From the NCBI GenBank assembly GCA_028023455.1, contig JAQFVV010000004.1:18290001-18354000 (forward strand): 64,000 bases of DNA, given 5' to 3'. The notes beneath the pieces were generated by a model. It saw only the letters and a list, made by a program, of their open reading frames with translations, was not told the DNA's origin and ran no database searches. This document shows, piece after piece, positions 1-12,329 of the stretch. The first letter of the stretch is position 1; every line of letters begins with the position of its first letter. This DNA comes from Epiperipatus broadwayi (Eukaryota > Animalia > Onychophora). Position numbers and translations under genes: made by a program.

Positions 1-459
1 TTTTTATTATTGTATGTAAAATAGAATAAAGTACCATATCTTAACGAACATTTCAAATAATTAAATATTTATTTTATAATAAAATAATAAAAATTGAAAG
101 AATAAAATAAGTTATAGAATTGTAATTAAACAATAATATTTTATGAAAATTAAAGATGAAAAAATTATAATATAAGAGAATATACTTATGAAATATTTGT
201 AACTTAAAGAAAATACAAATTGTATATTTTTGTTGATATATTTTAGTATAAAATAGTAAAAAGTATCTTAATGATAATGTGGTAAAGTATTGAAATATAC
301 TAAATCCTAGTCAAAATAAGAGTCATAGATCACATGACCCTATCTCTTAAGCTTGTAAGTTATAAACAATGAGGATTGCCAATTCCTCTACAAGCTTTGT
401 GATAAATGCTTAGCCAGAGCCAGCACTTAAAATATCTCTGTCAGGAACCCCTCCCCAAA

Positions 460-500
460 CCCCTGACCATGGTTTCATGCTTTGGCAGTCCTCAGAGAGG
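460..500 (-). ncRNA. Minimal type-I hammerhead ribozyme (family A, sense arm)
   Basis: Minus strand reads CCUCU-CUGAGGA-CUGC CAAA GCAU-GAAA-CCAUG-GUC-AGGGG. Core CUGANGA and GAAA present, GUC cleavage triplet, stem I CCUCU/AGGGG, palindromic stem III ACCAUGGU. Only the stem II closing pair (C/U) is non-canonical. Confidence 0.8.
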
Positions 501-1030
501 TGTCAGGGTAGGTTCAGACACTAGATCTAAAAATACCAACCCAAAGCCAAGCACTTATCTAAAAGTTATCTATTGAGAGGAAAATCTGAAATTTTCAGAC
601 ATCTACATGTCTTCAAACCCATCTATCCAACTCAAATAGCTATATGGGGCTGATAGATCTTCAGCCATACCATATATTAGTAATCTTAGCAATATAAAAT
701 TGCATAAGACTTATGGCAGAGACTATAGATAGTCAAAATAAGAATCATAGATCACATGACCCTATCTCTTAAGCTTGTAAGTTATAAACAATGAGGATTG
801 CCAATTCCTCTACAAGCTTTGTGATATATGCTTAGTCAGAGCCAGCACTTAAAATATATGGTATTGGTGAAGATCTATCAGCCCCATATATCTATTTGAG
901 TTGGATAGATGGGTTTGAAGACATGTAGATGTCTGAAAATTTCAGATTTTCCTCTCAATAGATAACTTTTAGATAAGTGCTTGGCTTTGGGTTGGTATTT
1001 TTAGATCTAGTGTCTGAACCTACCCTGACA

Positions 1031-1071
1031 CCTCTCTGAGGAGTGACAAAGCATGGAACTATGGTCAGGGT
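1031..1071 (+). ncRNA. Degenerate hammerhead ribozyme (family A, inverted arm)
   Basis: CCUCU-CUGAGGA-GUGA CAAA GCAU-GGAA-CUAUG-GUC-AGGGU; GAAA is mutated to GGAA, so probably inactive. Confidence 0.65.
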
Positions 1072-1782
1072 TTGGGGAGGGGTTCCTGACAGAGATATTT
1101 TATACTAAATCCTATTTATAAATAATTTCAGAATGAAATATGAATTATTTTAGTTTATTATAATTATTTAGTTACTATTGGTTTATAAAGTTTTGTTATA
1201 ATATATTAAATATTGTTTATAATATGTGTAAATTATTTGTGAATTTTGTATAATCTTCCTATAATAAATGTTAATATTTGTTTTAAAATTAGTAGTTTTG
1301 AGAATCTCATTTCTTGTTCGCAAGTTATTGTTTATCATCCTAGCCACACATATATTATAATGATTAAAGATATTTAGTATTGTTGCAAGAATTTGAGATA
1401 AGATAATAATTAAGAAAAATGTGATAATTGCTCAAGATATTTGAAATTGTATTTAAAATATTAATTAATTTACATTTTCTAATTATTCTCAATGATCATA
1501 ATGAAGATTGAGTAATTACTATATCATATAAAATAGAAATAATTGAATTATTAAAATAGAAATAATTGAATTATAATACACTGCGATAATAAATTATTTT
1601 AAATTTGTTTATTGTAATTAATAGTGATAAGTATTAGTTAATAATCTTTAATTTAATTTATTTTTTAGTCAATTTATAACAAAAGTAAATTAATTAGTTT
1701 AAAGATAAGGAATTGATTATGATATATTGTTTCTCAATTATTTTAATTGTAACTGGGTATAAATTAACTTATTCATCTAATA

Positions 1783-2082
1783 TTAGGGTATGAGCACAGA
1801 CTTTCACACGACCCACAACTCTCCACTCCATCTAATAACACTGATACACTTAAACATACATATATTGAAAAGATAAATAATCACCAATATACATATTTCA
1901 TGCTAAACCAGCAATCTTCAGTTGGTCCAGATTATCATCTCTACACATATATACTATAAGTGCTCAGATATATATTAAGATAGACAATCCTCACACTCTA
2001 ATGGACAGGCTTCAATCTACTCCACACTCCAACTCCTCAACCGTCCATCCAATTGAAAATCTGATGATGGAATGCTCAAAGG
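1783..2082 (-). mobile_element. Hammerhead-bearing repeat, family C, truncated copy
   Basis: Aligns by eye with 23245-23545 and 31050-31350 (shared GAAAAGATAAATAATCACCAATA...CAGTTGGTCCAGATTATCATCTC...CTGATGATGGAATGCTCAAAG). Confidence 0.7.
1883..1926 (-). ncRNA. Hammerhead ribozyme motif (family C)
   Basis: ACCAA-CUGAAGA-UUGC UGGUUUA GCAU-GAAA-UAUGUA-UA-UUGGU; core retained, stem II closing pair broken. Confidence 0.6.
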
Positions 2083-2622
2083 TTTACCTGAGAAGTTTAT
2101 TGAATTAAAGAATGTTAATAAAAGAGCGGTATAAAATAATTTCAATAAGTGGATGAATATTATATTATTATTAAATTTTACGTAGGAAATTTTAATATTC
2201 AATATAATTTACTTATTTTATTGTGAGTCATTGGAGTATCATTGATATTTTAGGAGAGAAGTATTTTGTGATATTTCTATGCCATTGAGAGTATGCTTTT
2301 AGTATATACCCAATCTTAAAACGGGGTACCTTACTGGATGATTGGATAATAAGTCTCATGATTATTGTTATTTTATTGTTAAACAATTCATTAATATTGA
2401 TATAAGAATATATTGGACATGAAATGAGTAAGATTGATATTATTAGAATTTTTATAAAAAAGAAAGAAATCCAATAAGTCTGAGCTAGAAGTTTATATCT
2501 ACCATACATAATAATTGTTGGGTTGGTCATCCAGACAGGTTACAATATATATATATATATCAAAATATTAATATTAATATATACATGTAATTTTTAAATT
2601 TTGCCATTTTACTGTGTATTTT

Positions 2623-2664
2623 TTTCTTTCTGATGAAAACAAGTCCTCTGGTTGAAATATTATA
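2623..2664 (+). ncRNA. Partial hammerhead-like relic
   Basis: CUGAUGA-A-AACAAG UCCU CUGGUU-GAAA-UAU; stem II pairs 5 of 6, but the 3' strand of stem I is missing. Confidence 0.35.
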
Positions 2665-3865
2665 TTAATAATTATTAATATTATATTAATTATTATATTA
2701 ATAATTATTGATACCTAAGTATAGTTACTGATTTTAGCTTAATCTGGTCACAGAGGGCGCTGCTGGATTTATTAACCATGTGGGGTGATTTAATATGTAA
2801 TGTTTTATAATTAATGCAATATTTTATGTTTTTTATATATAATTATGTTTAATATTTTGTTATTCATTTTCTAGATATATAGTGTAAAAGATCTCTCTCG
2901 TTTAGATCCTAAATTTTCTATTGTAAATGCATGATTATCTACAAAATATCAATTAACTATACTACATTTTCTCAAGACTTTCTAATAAAAAGTATCTTAG
3001 TTATAACGGATCCCAATTATTTCATATGTTTTTCAAAAATATTCTTTGAGTTTAACTATCAGTTATTTGACTTTTTTTTCCTCATGTGTCATAGCATCAC
3101 CCGCTAACCCAGAACAACAGCTTAGTAAAGCAGCCATCGCTGACCTCTCGACCACCAATGCTTGAAATGTTTATGTCAATAGTTGTATTATATTAAATAA
3201 TATTTTATAATATAATATTATATTTTTATGTTATATATATATATGTTATGTTTTATACTTTATCTGTTATATTTTTAACTCCTTGCTCAAGATTTTTCTT
3301 GTGTATAGTTTGTTTATTTGCTTTTTACTGAATAAATAAATTGTTCATTGATTCTAATCAAAATGATTACAAAAAGAGATAAAACAATGTTTATTTACTT
3401 TAACAATAGTTTGTCTTATACATTATCAGTGCCAAAAGAATATCACCAGTAAGATAAAATTGAATAGAAATTCTTTTAGTAGAGTTATTAAAAGAAAGCA
3501 TTGCTAATAATGAGTTTATTAATAAACTACAAAATAATAGATTTTTTAAATGTAATCTACAAATTTAAAATCAAATAAAATGTTGCCATTATATTTCAAC
3601 ATGAACAGAAATATGCATATGTCTATAGAGAATATACCTGTATGGGGAGAAAGCAGAATATCGATAATGAGAAGAGAAAAAAGAAGTGTGATGCTTACCC
3701 AACCGTAGAAGTTGTTGTGGTTAGCCAAACAAATATTTTAAATAAACATTGTATTGAATTTTGCCATTGTGTTGCCATAACAACCAAAAATATAATACAC
3801 AATAAATCCCAAATATCAAACATTAATTTTAAGCATTCTAAATATACCATACTTTAAATATCAAA

Positions 3866-3998
3866 CATCACATGATCATCAATCTTTATGCTTACACAAA
3901 CTTTCCTTACAGTGGCCCACTCAGTGCATCCATTCATTACTCTGGCTTACACTGAATGGCGCTACTGTATGGAGAGTTTTGCCTTTGTGAAAAACCCA
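3866..3998. mobile_element. Family B fragment with internal inversion
   Basis: CATCACATGATC (reverse complement of the family B 3' end) joined to sense GCATCCATT...CTACTGTATGGAGAGTTTTGC; flanked by 10-bp AAATATCAAA (3856-3865 / 3999-4008). Confidence 0.6.
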
Positions 3999-4426
3999 AA
4001 ATATCAAAGGAGAAAATGCTGCTACTGAATTATTTTTCATTGCCAAATCCAAAATTCTAAATGAAATGGATAGTAATAAGCTCCAACTTACCACTAATAT
4101 TATATTAGGGAAGAATATATATCTCCATTACTTCAAAATACTACTTATAAAGAAAAGTACATCTCTATGAATTATCAACTAAAGATAAACATACATCTCC
4201 GTAAATACAAATTAAACACCTATATTTTAAATATATAATTCATGATATATTTAACTTTTATGTGATCAACATTTCATAAAATGCATACATTTTTACAAAA
4301 GATTTAATTTTACTCATATCTCAAAGTAATCCTAATAAAATTTAGTAATCATCTTTATAATACATTGTTTTTTAAATGGATTTGCTTATTCTCATACTTC
4401 AAAATATTTCATTTTATTAAATCATC

Positions 4427-4610
4427 AAACATCACATGATCGCCATTCTTTATGCTCCTCACTAATGAAAGCCACAAGCTAGAAATTAGTCTGGGGATAT
4501 TGGATGAGTAGACACTAGATAGGAATTTTATGCACAAATCTTTCTGCATCCATTGATTATTCCAACTTGCACTGAGTGGTGCTACTGTATGGAAAGTTTT
4601 GTCTCTGTGA
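4427..4610. mobile_element. Family B fragment with inversion and hammerhead motif
   Basis: AAACATCACATGATC followed by sequence homologous to 15536-15690, including UCCUCA-CUAAUGA-AAGC CACAA GCUA-GAAA-UUA-GUC-UGGGGA at 4456-4497 (+, core G mutated to A). Confidence 0.65.
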
Positions 4611-4764
4611 ATATTTTTATTGTAGTTTGCTTTATTGTAGTTTGCTTTATTCTTGAATAATTAATTGATTTAAATTTTAAGAAAGTGGTTTTCTAAGAAA
4701 TATAATAACAATCAAAATATATTGTAGACTATTGATGCCTAATGTCTAATAAAAATTATTGACA

Positions 4765-4901
4765 CGTTAATATGTATTGCCACTACTGCAAGCTAGAGTA
4801 ATCAATGGATGCCAGAAGGCTTGTGCATAAAATTCCCATCTAGTACTTGTTCATCCAATATCCCCAGACTAGTTTCTGGTTCATGTGATGTTTATTGGCT
4901 A
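4765..4901. mobile_element. Family B fragment with inversion
   Basis: Antisense body (GATGCCAGAAGGCTTGTGCATAAAAT...CCCCAGACTAGTTTCTGG) plus sense tail TCATGTGATGTTT; 14-bp duplication AAAAATTATTGACA (4751-4764 / 4902-4915). Confidence 0.7.
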
Positions 4902-5208
4902 AAAAATTATTGACAATGATTCCATTCTTCCATTTGGGAATTTAAATCCAGTAATAATACTTGAATTACAATGAACTCTTTCAGATATACTCTAAATCCT
5001 TGTTTTTTTTACAATCAATGATAAGAAAAGATTTTTTAAATATTTGCTTAAACTGATTCTGATTAAGAGATTTAATAAAACCATTTAAAGCCCCCTTTAA
5101 GGATTTGTACTTATAAGAACTTTAGATAAAGGATTGGATTTGTTTCAACTGTACAGTGAAAACAATGAAACATGTAGCAGATAAAAAACTTTTTAAGATG
5201 ATATGAAT

Positions 5209-5360
5209 CACATGATCACCATCTCTTATACTAGCACATAATTGTTATTAAACAATGCAAAACTCTATATACAGTAGTGCCACCCTGTGCCAACCAGAGT
5301 AATCAATAGATGCCAGAAGGCTTGTGCATAAAATCCCTATCTAGTGCCTACTCATCCCTT
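5209..5360 (-). mobile_element. Family B 5'-truncated copy
   Basis: Homologous to the 3' part of 15580-15747; 12-bp duplication GATGATATGAAT (5197-5208 / 5361-5372). Confidence 0.75.
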
Positions 5361-6049
5361 GATGATATGAATACAAACAATACTACTCAACAGCATAATC
5401 TATTATCATTGAAATGAAGCTATTTGATTAGAAAATAAATGTAAACATCTTTTATTTGTAAAACATTAACCTACACATAAATTTTTTAAACAATTTATTA
5501 TTAATAGCAGTCGAATATTATTACATACATGCATTATTTTTTAAAAAAGAAATATATCTATCTAGTAGCACATATTTATCAGGCTTATTTTTTAAGCACT
5601 ATTAAAACAGATAAGAAACAAAAGTGAAAGGCATTGTTTTTATACTATCAACATACAAAAATATGCATATTAGCATGTTGTATTCTCATTTTAAGGAAAT
5701 AAAAATGTTGAAGTTGTAATATTGAGATTTCAAAAAACATTTTGTCAAGGATGTAACTGGTAATGAGAAATTGTCAATAATTGGGATCAAGTTTTATCAT
5801 TTATTAGAATTTATTTCTTTAGATCACAATCAGGCTTTTTTTCTCTCTCATGAGAAAGCCCACGAAAATATATTAGAAATATAATAAATGTTTTTGAAAA
5901 AAAATGTTAACTAACTTGGAGAATAATATTAAGACTAAAAATAAAATTTCAAAAATTTCCGAGTAATACGAAATTGATTTTTCTACAGGGATATCAAATT
6001 TGAATTATAACGTAATGGCTAACCTGGAAGCCACATACACTTAGTAAAG

Positions 6050-9000
6050 CTTTTATAGTACTTTGGAAGAATGATAGTCAAAAATAATATAAAGTAAAAA
6101 AATTATATAAAAAAAAATCTTATAAAAAAGCAATCTAACTGAAGATTAGAAAAAAAATGTCTACATTTTATGAAGAATAAAAAATATTGCAGTGGAAACT
6201 CTAAACTTAGTACCATATGGTGCTAGTTCATTGGAGAATTGTATACAGAAAATTCCAGAAACTCAAAAAGTCGTAGAATGATAGAATGTTGAAGTTTAAC
6301 TATATTAACACTACCTTTTTCCAAAAGAAGGAGCTAAAAAATAATATATTTATGATTATATTTAGGAATGCAAATAAGATAAAAATCAAAGTGACAAAAA
6401 TGAAATGACAGAGAAAAAATAAAAAAAAAAAATACAGAAGATGCTTAAAAATATTATAAAAAGCTAATAACATTAATATAAGATTTAGTTTTACAATTAT
6501 ATAAGAAGATAGAGATATCAATAAAGATAATATATTTAAGTACTGAAAATGGGGAGGATATGAAAAGTTGGGTAGAAAATATTTAGAGATATTTATATAG
6601 AAATATAAGTAAATTTAGAAATAATAATTGTAAAAATAATGATATGGTCATGTTAATGAACTATGGAGCCGTATTAAAGAAGATGCAAGAAAAAGTGAAA
6701 TCTATATGTTCAAGAAAAAAGTACTGTTAATTATATTCTAGTAGACAGAAAGGAATTTGAAAAAGATAAAAAAAATATGAAAATGATCAATGAAAATAAA
6801 AGATCATAATTTTACATTAATAGAAATAGAAGCAACAGATAGGTTAAGCAATGAAACTTATAGAAAGATTGATAGGAATGAATGGAAATAAATGATGAGA
6901 TTATATTGAATAAGATATAATAATATCTTGGGAGGGGGGTGGGGTGATAAAATATGTTATTTTTAAAAGTTATAGAAAATGAATGAATTTGAGGAAAGAA
7001 TATTGCAAATGAGTTTTTATTTAAAACTATCAGAATTAATATTAAAAAAAATTAAGAAAAAAATTTAAAAGATGTAAAAGAAAATAATATAAAAATAGTG
7101 TTAAAAAATAAATGGGAGAAGAGACGGCAGTGATTAGATAGAATAGCTAATTAAATTTAAAAAAACTACTTAGAATAGAATTAAAATGGAAATGGGGTAA
7201 TCTTAATAAGAAGATAATGTATGGAATTAGAGGATAGAAAGGAAGATTGTGAAAAATTTTGGTGGTATATAAAGAAAAGTAATACTTTAAAAAATGATGT
7301 TATATCGTTAAATGTATAGGAAAGAGAACGTGAGGACTGAGAAGATATTGTTTAATAAATTGGAAAGGAGAGTGCGAAAGAGAACATAATTCATTAGAGA
7401 GTTTAAGTTATGAGAAGATGAATAGAGTGATGGATGTGAAATTGAATAGAGCAATAGGTAAATTGTAAAAAGGACAAGAAAGAAAACTGGAGATAATATG
7501 AGAATTGAAAAGTTACTAGATGTGAGAAGTCAAACAAGGCTTTGTTTAAAATAAAGTTTTAATAAAATTATTCATATAAATGAAAGAATGTGAAAATAGA
7601 TTATCATATTAAAAAAAGAAGAAAAATCAGTTTGTTAACTAGTGATAGATCAATAGCAATAACTTCCATGGGGTATAAAATGTTTACATATATTTAATAG
7701 ATAGGATTAGGACTTGGATGGAAGAGAGTGAAATTCTGGAGGACATTCAGAAGGGATTTGATTCAGAGAAAAGGATAAGGAATACTTTGTTTACCTCCAT
7801 CTCATTTGAAGTAAACTAAACCTTTGTTACATTACATATTTAATATATAGAACAGCTTGATGGGTGAATTAAAAGAAACTGTAAATATGAATAAACTCAG
7901 ACTTGTTAAAAATAGTTTAAATTTTTTAACAATAATTTTTATAAATATAAATTGAGAGATAAAGAATCAGAGAAACCCAAATATAAAACTGGATTGAAAC
8001 TGTTGATGTCCCTCATCATCTTTGATACTTATTTTGTTTCTAAGAAAATTAGAAGTGGAAATAGAAAGATTAGGACTAGGAATGGGGATGCCCATAGTTA
8101 AAACTAAGATATGGTGGCACTTTTTTTTATACAGATATGACATTTAAGCAAATAATGTAAAAGATATAGTATTGTTATTAAAGGAGTATAGAGCAGTAGA
8201 AAAGTATGAAAATTAATTTTAGTAAAAAAAATCTAAAATTTTAGTATTTAAAAAGAAGGGTAGAATTATAGGATATAAAATGGTAGATATTTGTTTTGAA
8301 GAAATACAGATTTAGATATTTTATTAAATGAAAACAAATTATACAGATACTTGGAGGTTAGAGTAGTAAAGTAGAAAAATAAAACATAGAATGAGATTGA
8401 TTTAAAGTACAGCATGTTTCTCATATAATAAATATTTGGAAAGGGATAATGATTCTTGCTTTAACATTTGAAAATGATGCATTTTGCATTGACTCGGGTA
8501 ACTCACAAATTTCGAGATAAAATTAAGAGAATAATTGTAAATAAAAAATGCCATTATTCAAAGGGAAGTGGTATGATTTTCTTTTTTAAAATTAAATAAA
8601 TAAAATGTTTGAAATAAAAATAGATTAATAAAAATAGTGCTGAATTCGATTACGCAGATAAAACAACAAACATATTGGGCAAGTAAATTTTAACAATGAG
8701 AGATGGAAATGAGGTTAGATAAGTTGGTTGTAAAAAAAAAAAATAGTCATGAAAAAATAAAAATTATACAAAATAGGAAAGGATATACGATAACATTAAA
8801 GAGAGCTAATTGTTATTTGATGCAAAGCCAAAAGTTTTATATATTAGGGAAAGAAACCAAAAATATTTTAAGAATTTGAATAGTAGAACTAGTTTTATGG
8901 AAAGTAGAATATAAAATAGTATCAGAAAGAAATGTTAGAGAATGGAGGAAATTTAAAGACAAAGAAAGTGGAGATAAGAATTGTATGATTTTTTTTTTCT

Positions 9001-9450
9001 TTAGATCTTTATAGCAAAATTAAAAAATATTAAGGCAATGAAACAATACTTATTAAAATAAATATATCAAAAAATGAATGAATAAGGGTTGGAAAATTAA
9101 TTGATTAATAAACAGTAAGAAGTGAAGAAGTTTATTTGTAATACATAATGGTTTTGGAAGGAGGGAAAATTTATTTGTCTAACTGAATTTCTAATTATAT
9201 AGCCTGTATACAGATATTTTTATTGTTTAAGTAGAAGTCATTTTATATCACATCATAATAAAAGTATAAAAGAGTTTGATGGATGAAGTGGTAAAAGCAG
9301 CAAGTCTGGTATTAACTATGTGTACCTATATGATTAAATGTTTATAGGAAATAAAGAAAACATTTATAGGAATACAAATATACTGAAAACATGAAGAAAT
9401 GAAATTAAAATGTAAAAATAATTATTTAAATAAATAAAAATTAACTACAC
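6050..9450 (+). mobile_element. Heavily decayed APE-RT non-LTR retrotransposon (LINE)
   Basis: Purine-rich strand with RT remnants, e.g. about 7655-7760 IAITSMGYKMF..DRIRTWMEESEILEDIQKGF, matching the 50166-50588 ORF; many stops and frameshifts; ends approximate. Confidence 0.7.
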
Positions 9451-10310
9451 TGGATGTTTTCAGTATATTTATATTCCTATAAAAGAATATGTATAAGGAT
9501 AATAGAGAGAGAAATATATATTTATATAAAATGAAAATATTATTAAAAATAGAAATATAATAGAAAGAGAAATTGTATTTTTGAACGAAAAGGAAATATA
9601 ACAGTAGATATAAATTATTTTCCCAATAATTGTGTAATAAAAAAAAAAAAATAGACATGAGAAAAAAGTAAGACATTACTCATAAAGTTATGTAATAAAG
9701 AAAGTATCAAATTTACAGAGAATAAATTGATAAAACAACAACATATAAAGATATATAGTATGAAATTTTTAGAAGACAAGGAAATTTTTAAGCACTGTCT
9801 AAATTAAATTATTCACATCAAATTTAGTACAGTAGTGCTGAAGATTTCATCATCTAAAAATTATATATTAATTGATGCCACTTAATTATGATCTTAAAAA
9901 TATAAATAATAGAAAATATCTTTATGAAATGATTTTTATAAATCTTTGTCCACTATAAGTAATTTACTATATATATATACAGTAACCTTTCCTTTTCAGA
10001 TGTGTATTTTATACAAAAAAACATTTAATTATTATACTTTATAATTTGTCTTTCTTGTTTTAAGATTAGGCCATAATATGGCTAGGCAATTGAGCATCAA
10101 AAACATTTCTTTCTACTACAACCTGTCTGCCCTGGATCTCCACATTTCTTACTATACACTTTGAACCTAAACCTACCACCTAGCTCTAACATTAAATCAT
10201 AAATCATATAAAATATTATTTCATGAAACTCAACAATTGATTATAATTATCTATCAAATAATTCCTAAGGTAGATTTACAAAGACAGGTACAAGAGAGTG
10301 GTTTTAAATC

Positions 10311-10410
<100 letters not shown>

Positions 10411-11699
10411 CCAACCATCTTAATCATAACCACATCTAACATTATAATATATTTTAAGTTATTTCATTAGAGTTAGTATATCTTTTTAACAATAATAATA
10501 AATTCCCAATTATAAATCATCATCATACTTTCTAACAATTAATATAAATATAACTTATAAATAACTACTACTTATAAAATGAACTACTTTTATTATCATC
10601 TTAAAATATAATCATTATTCCAAATAACTTTCATTTTAACTTTAGTCAGCTAAATAATCAACTTACCTGCTTTTATACACCCTGTTAACTTTAATTAGAT
10701 TGTCTAAAATATTCTCATACCAATATCTGATACTCATATACTCTTCTGAATGTATTTGAAATAAATTCAAATTTACTTTCATAAGAAATTTGTGACTATA
10801 AAGATATAACCATTTTTAAATTAAAACTATAATGCTATTAAATGTTCTCATTCGAGTAATTTTGATTGAATTTATCCAACAATTAAATCTATCAGTTTTG
10901 TTCTATATAATACTCCCAATAATTTGTGTATTTGGATATGACAGAGTGGTGAAAATAATTCCAAATTGAAACAAAGACTTCACTCAACTACTGTATGTAT
11001 AATATTAGTTTATTTACATGAATAACAATAATTATTAATAGAATTTTAAATAGTTTGTATATTAACAACAAAATATAACACATATAATTTCTTTAACATT
11101 TGTACTATTATATACAATAATGAGAACGGCTGACTCCTATCTACTAAACAATAAAATTTTAAACTTATAGGAATCTATTTTTCCTATTTTTCAATTTCCA
11201 AGAATCATTGTGAATAATATTGTTATTATTATTATAATTTTGTTTTAAACTATAGGTTCCATGTTTCATATATTATGTATATTTCTTACTTAAGATACAT
11301 ATTATTATTATTATCCTTATGAATGCAAAACAACCACATCACAAATTGTCATAATGTGATTATTTTTATCACTTAAAAATCTATGAAATTAATACCCATA
11401 ATAAAACCAAAAATACAATACCATTTGATCATCACTCATTCCATTCATTTTTTTCTCTGTTTGTTTTTATTATTCATCCCATTTATTTTTATTTTCATAT
11501 AGTGTCACTTTAAGATTAATTACTTAATGCAACCTTTGTTTTGTATTTACATTTTATTTTCCATTTAAACAATTTTCCACACTTAGATAAACCATTATAC
11601 TCTTTTTATAAATCCACCTATATGCCATGTCTACCTTATTTTCTTTATAATTAACATTCTGTAGATAAGAAACTGATGTCTACTGGACTCAAATGTTAC

Positions 11700-11960
11700 A
11701 AATATACAATGGGGGGCTTATTTACCTTTCCAAATGAGGTGTGCCCTCATGGCAAGTAATCATTTATTCCTCATGATACTGTCTTAATATCCAAGCTCTT
11801 CCATTAAGCTCTTGTGGATTTGATCACCTTCATCTTATGGAAATTCCTCACATTATAACATCCAACGGGTGTCCCTTAGACTAACCTCATTATGTTCTTA
11901 TCAGTTCTTCAGGAAATTACAATTTACCACATTGATTATACTCGGGAATGACAACCTATC
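11700..11960 (+). mobile_element. LINE reverse-transcriptase fragment
   Basis: Remnant PHDTVLISKLFH...W.FLT...QRVSL resembles the RT segment 'VPH..LL.KL..YG...W...FL..R.Q.V'; highly degenerate. Confidence 0.35.
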
Positions 11961-12329
11961 TAAATGTAAAAAGGATCACAGGCATACAATTTTATTTTGT
12001 TTTTAAGTAAAAATAGCTTTGCGATCAGGTACAATAGTGTCTATATTATTTTACAAATAAAGCGTTTTATATAAGTATGCTTCTCATCTTCATAAAAATT
12101 GTGGTGCTTCTCTGATTAAAACAGATTTGTCTATGACTCTTTATTTGGCAAATTACAGAAATATAAAATATATATGGATATTTTTTCAAAAAAATTTTAA
12201 AAGTATGAAAAAAGTTTTAAAAAAATATTTTAACACAAATACTCATTAATACACCTGGTGCAGTTCAACAAAATAGTCAGAGTATCAGATTCCATATTCT
12301 AAGACCCTCGGATCGATTCCAGTTTTGAC

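Larger units (their letters stand above)
310..1100 (-). mobile_element. Hammerhead-bearing Penelope-like/retrozyme insertion, family A (inverted 5' arm + partial tandem)
   Basis: 128-bp direct repeat (308-435 / 730-857, period 422); about 250-bp inverted arms (428-678 / 853-1102); 14-bp flanking duplication TATACTAAATCCTA (296-309 / 1101-1114); hammerhead motif in both arms. Confidence 0.8.
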
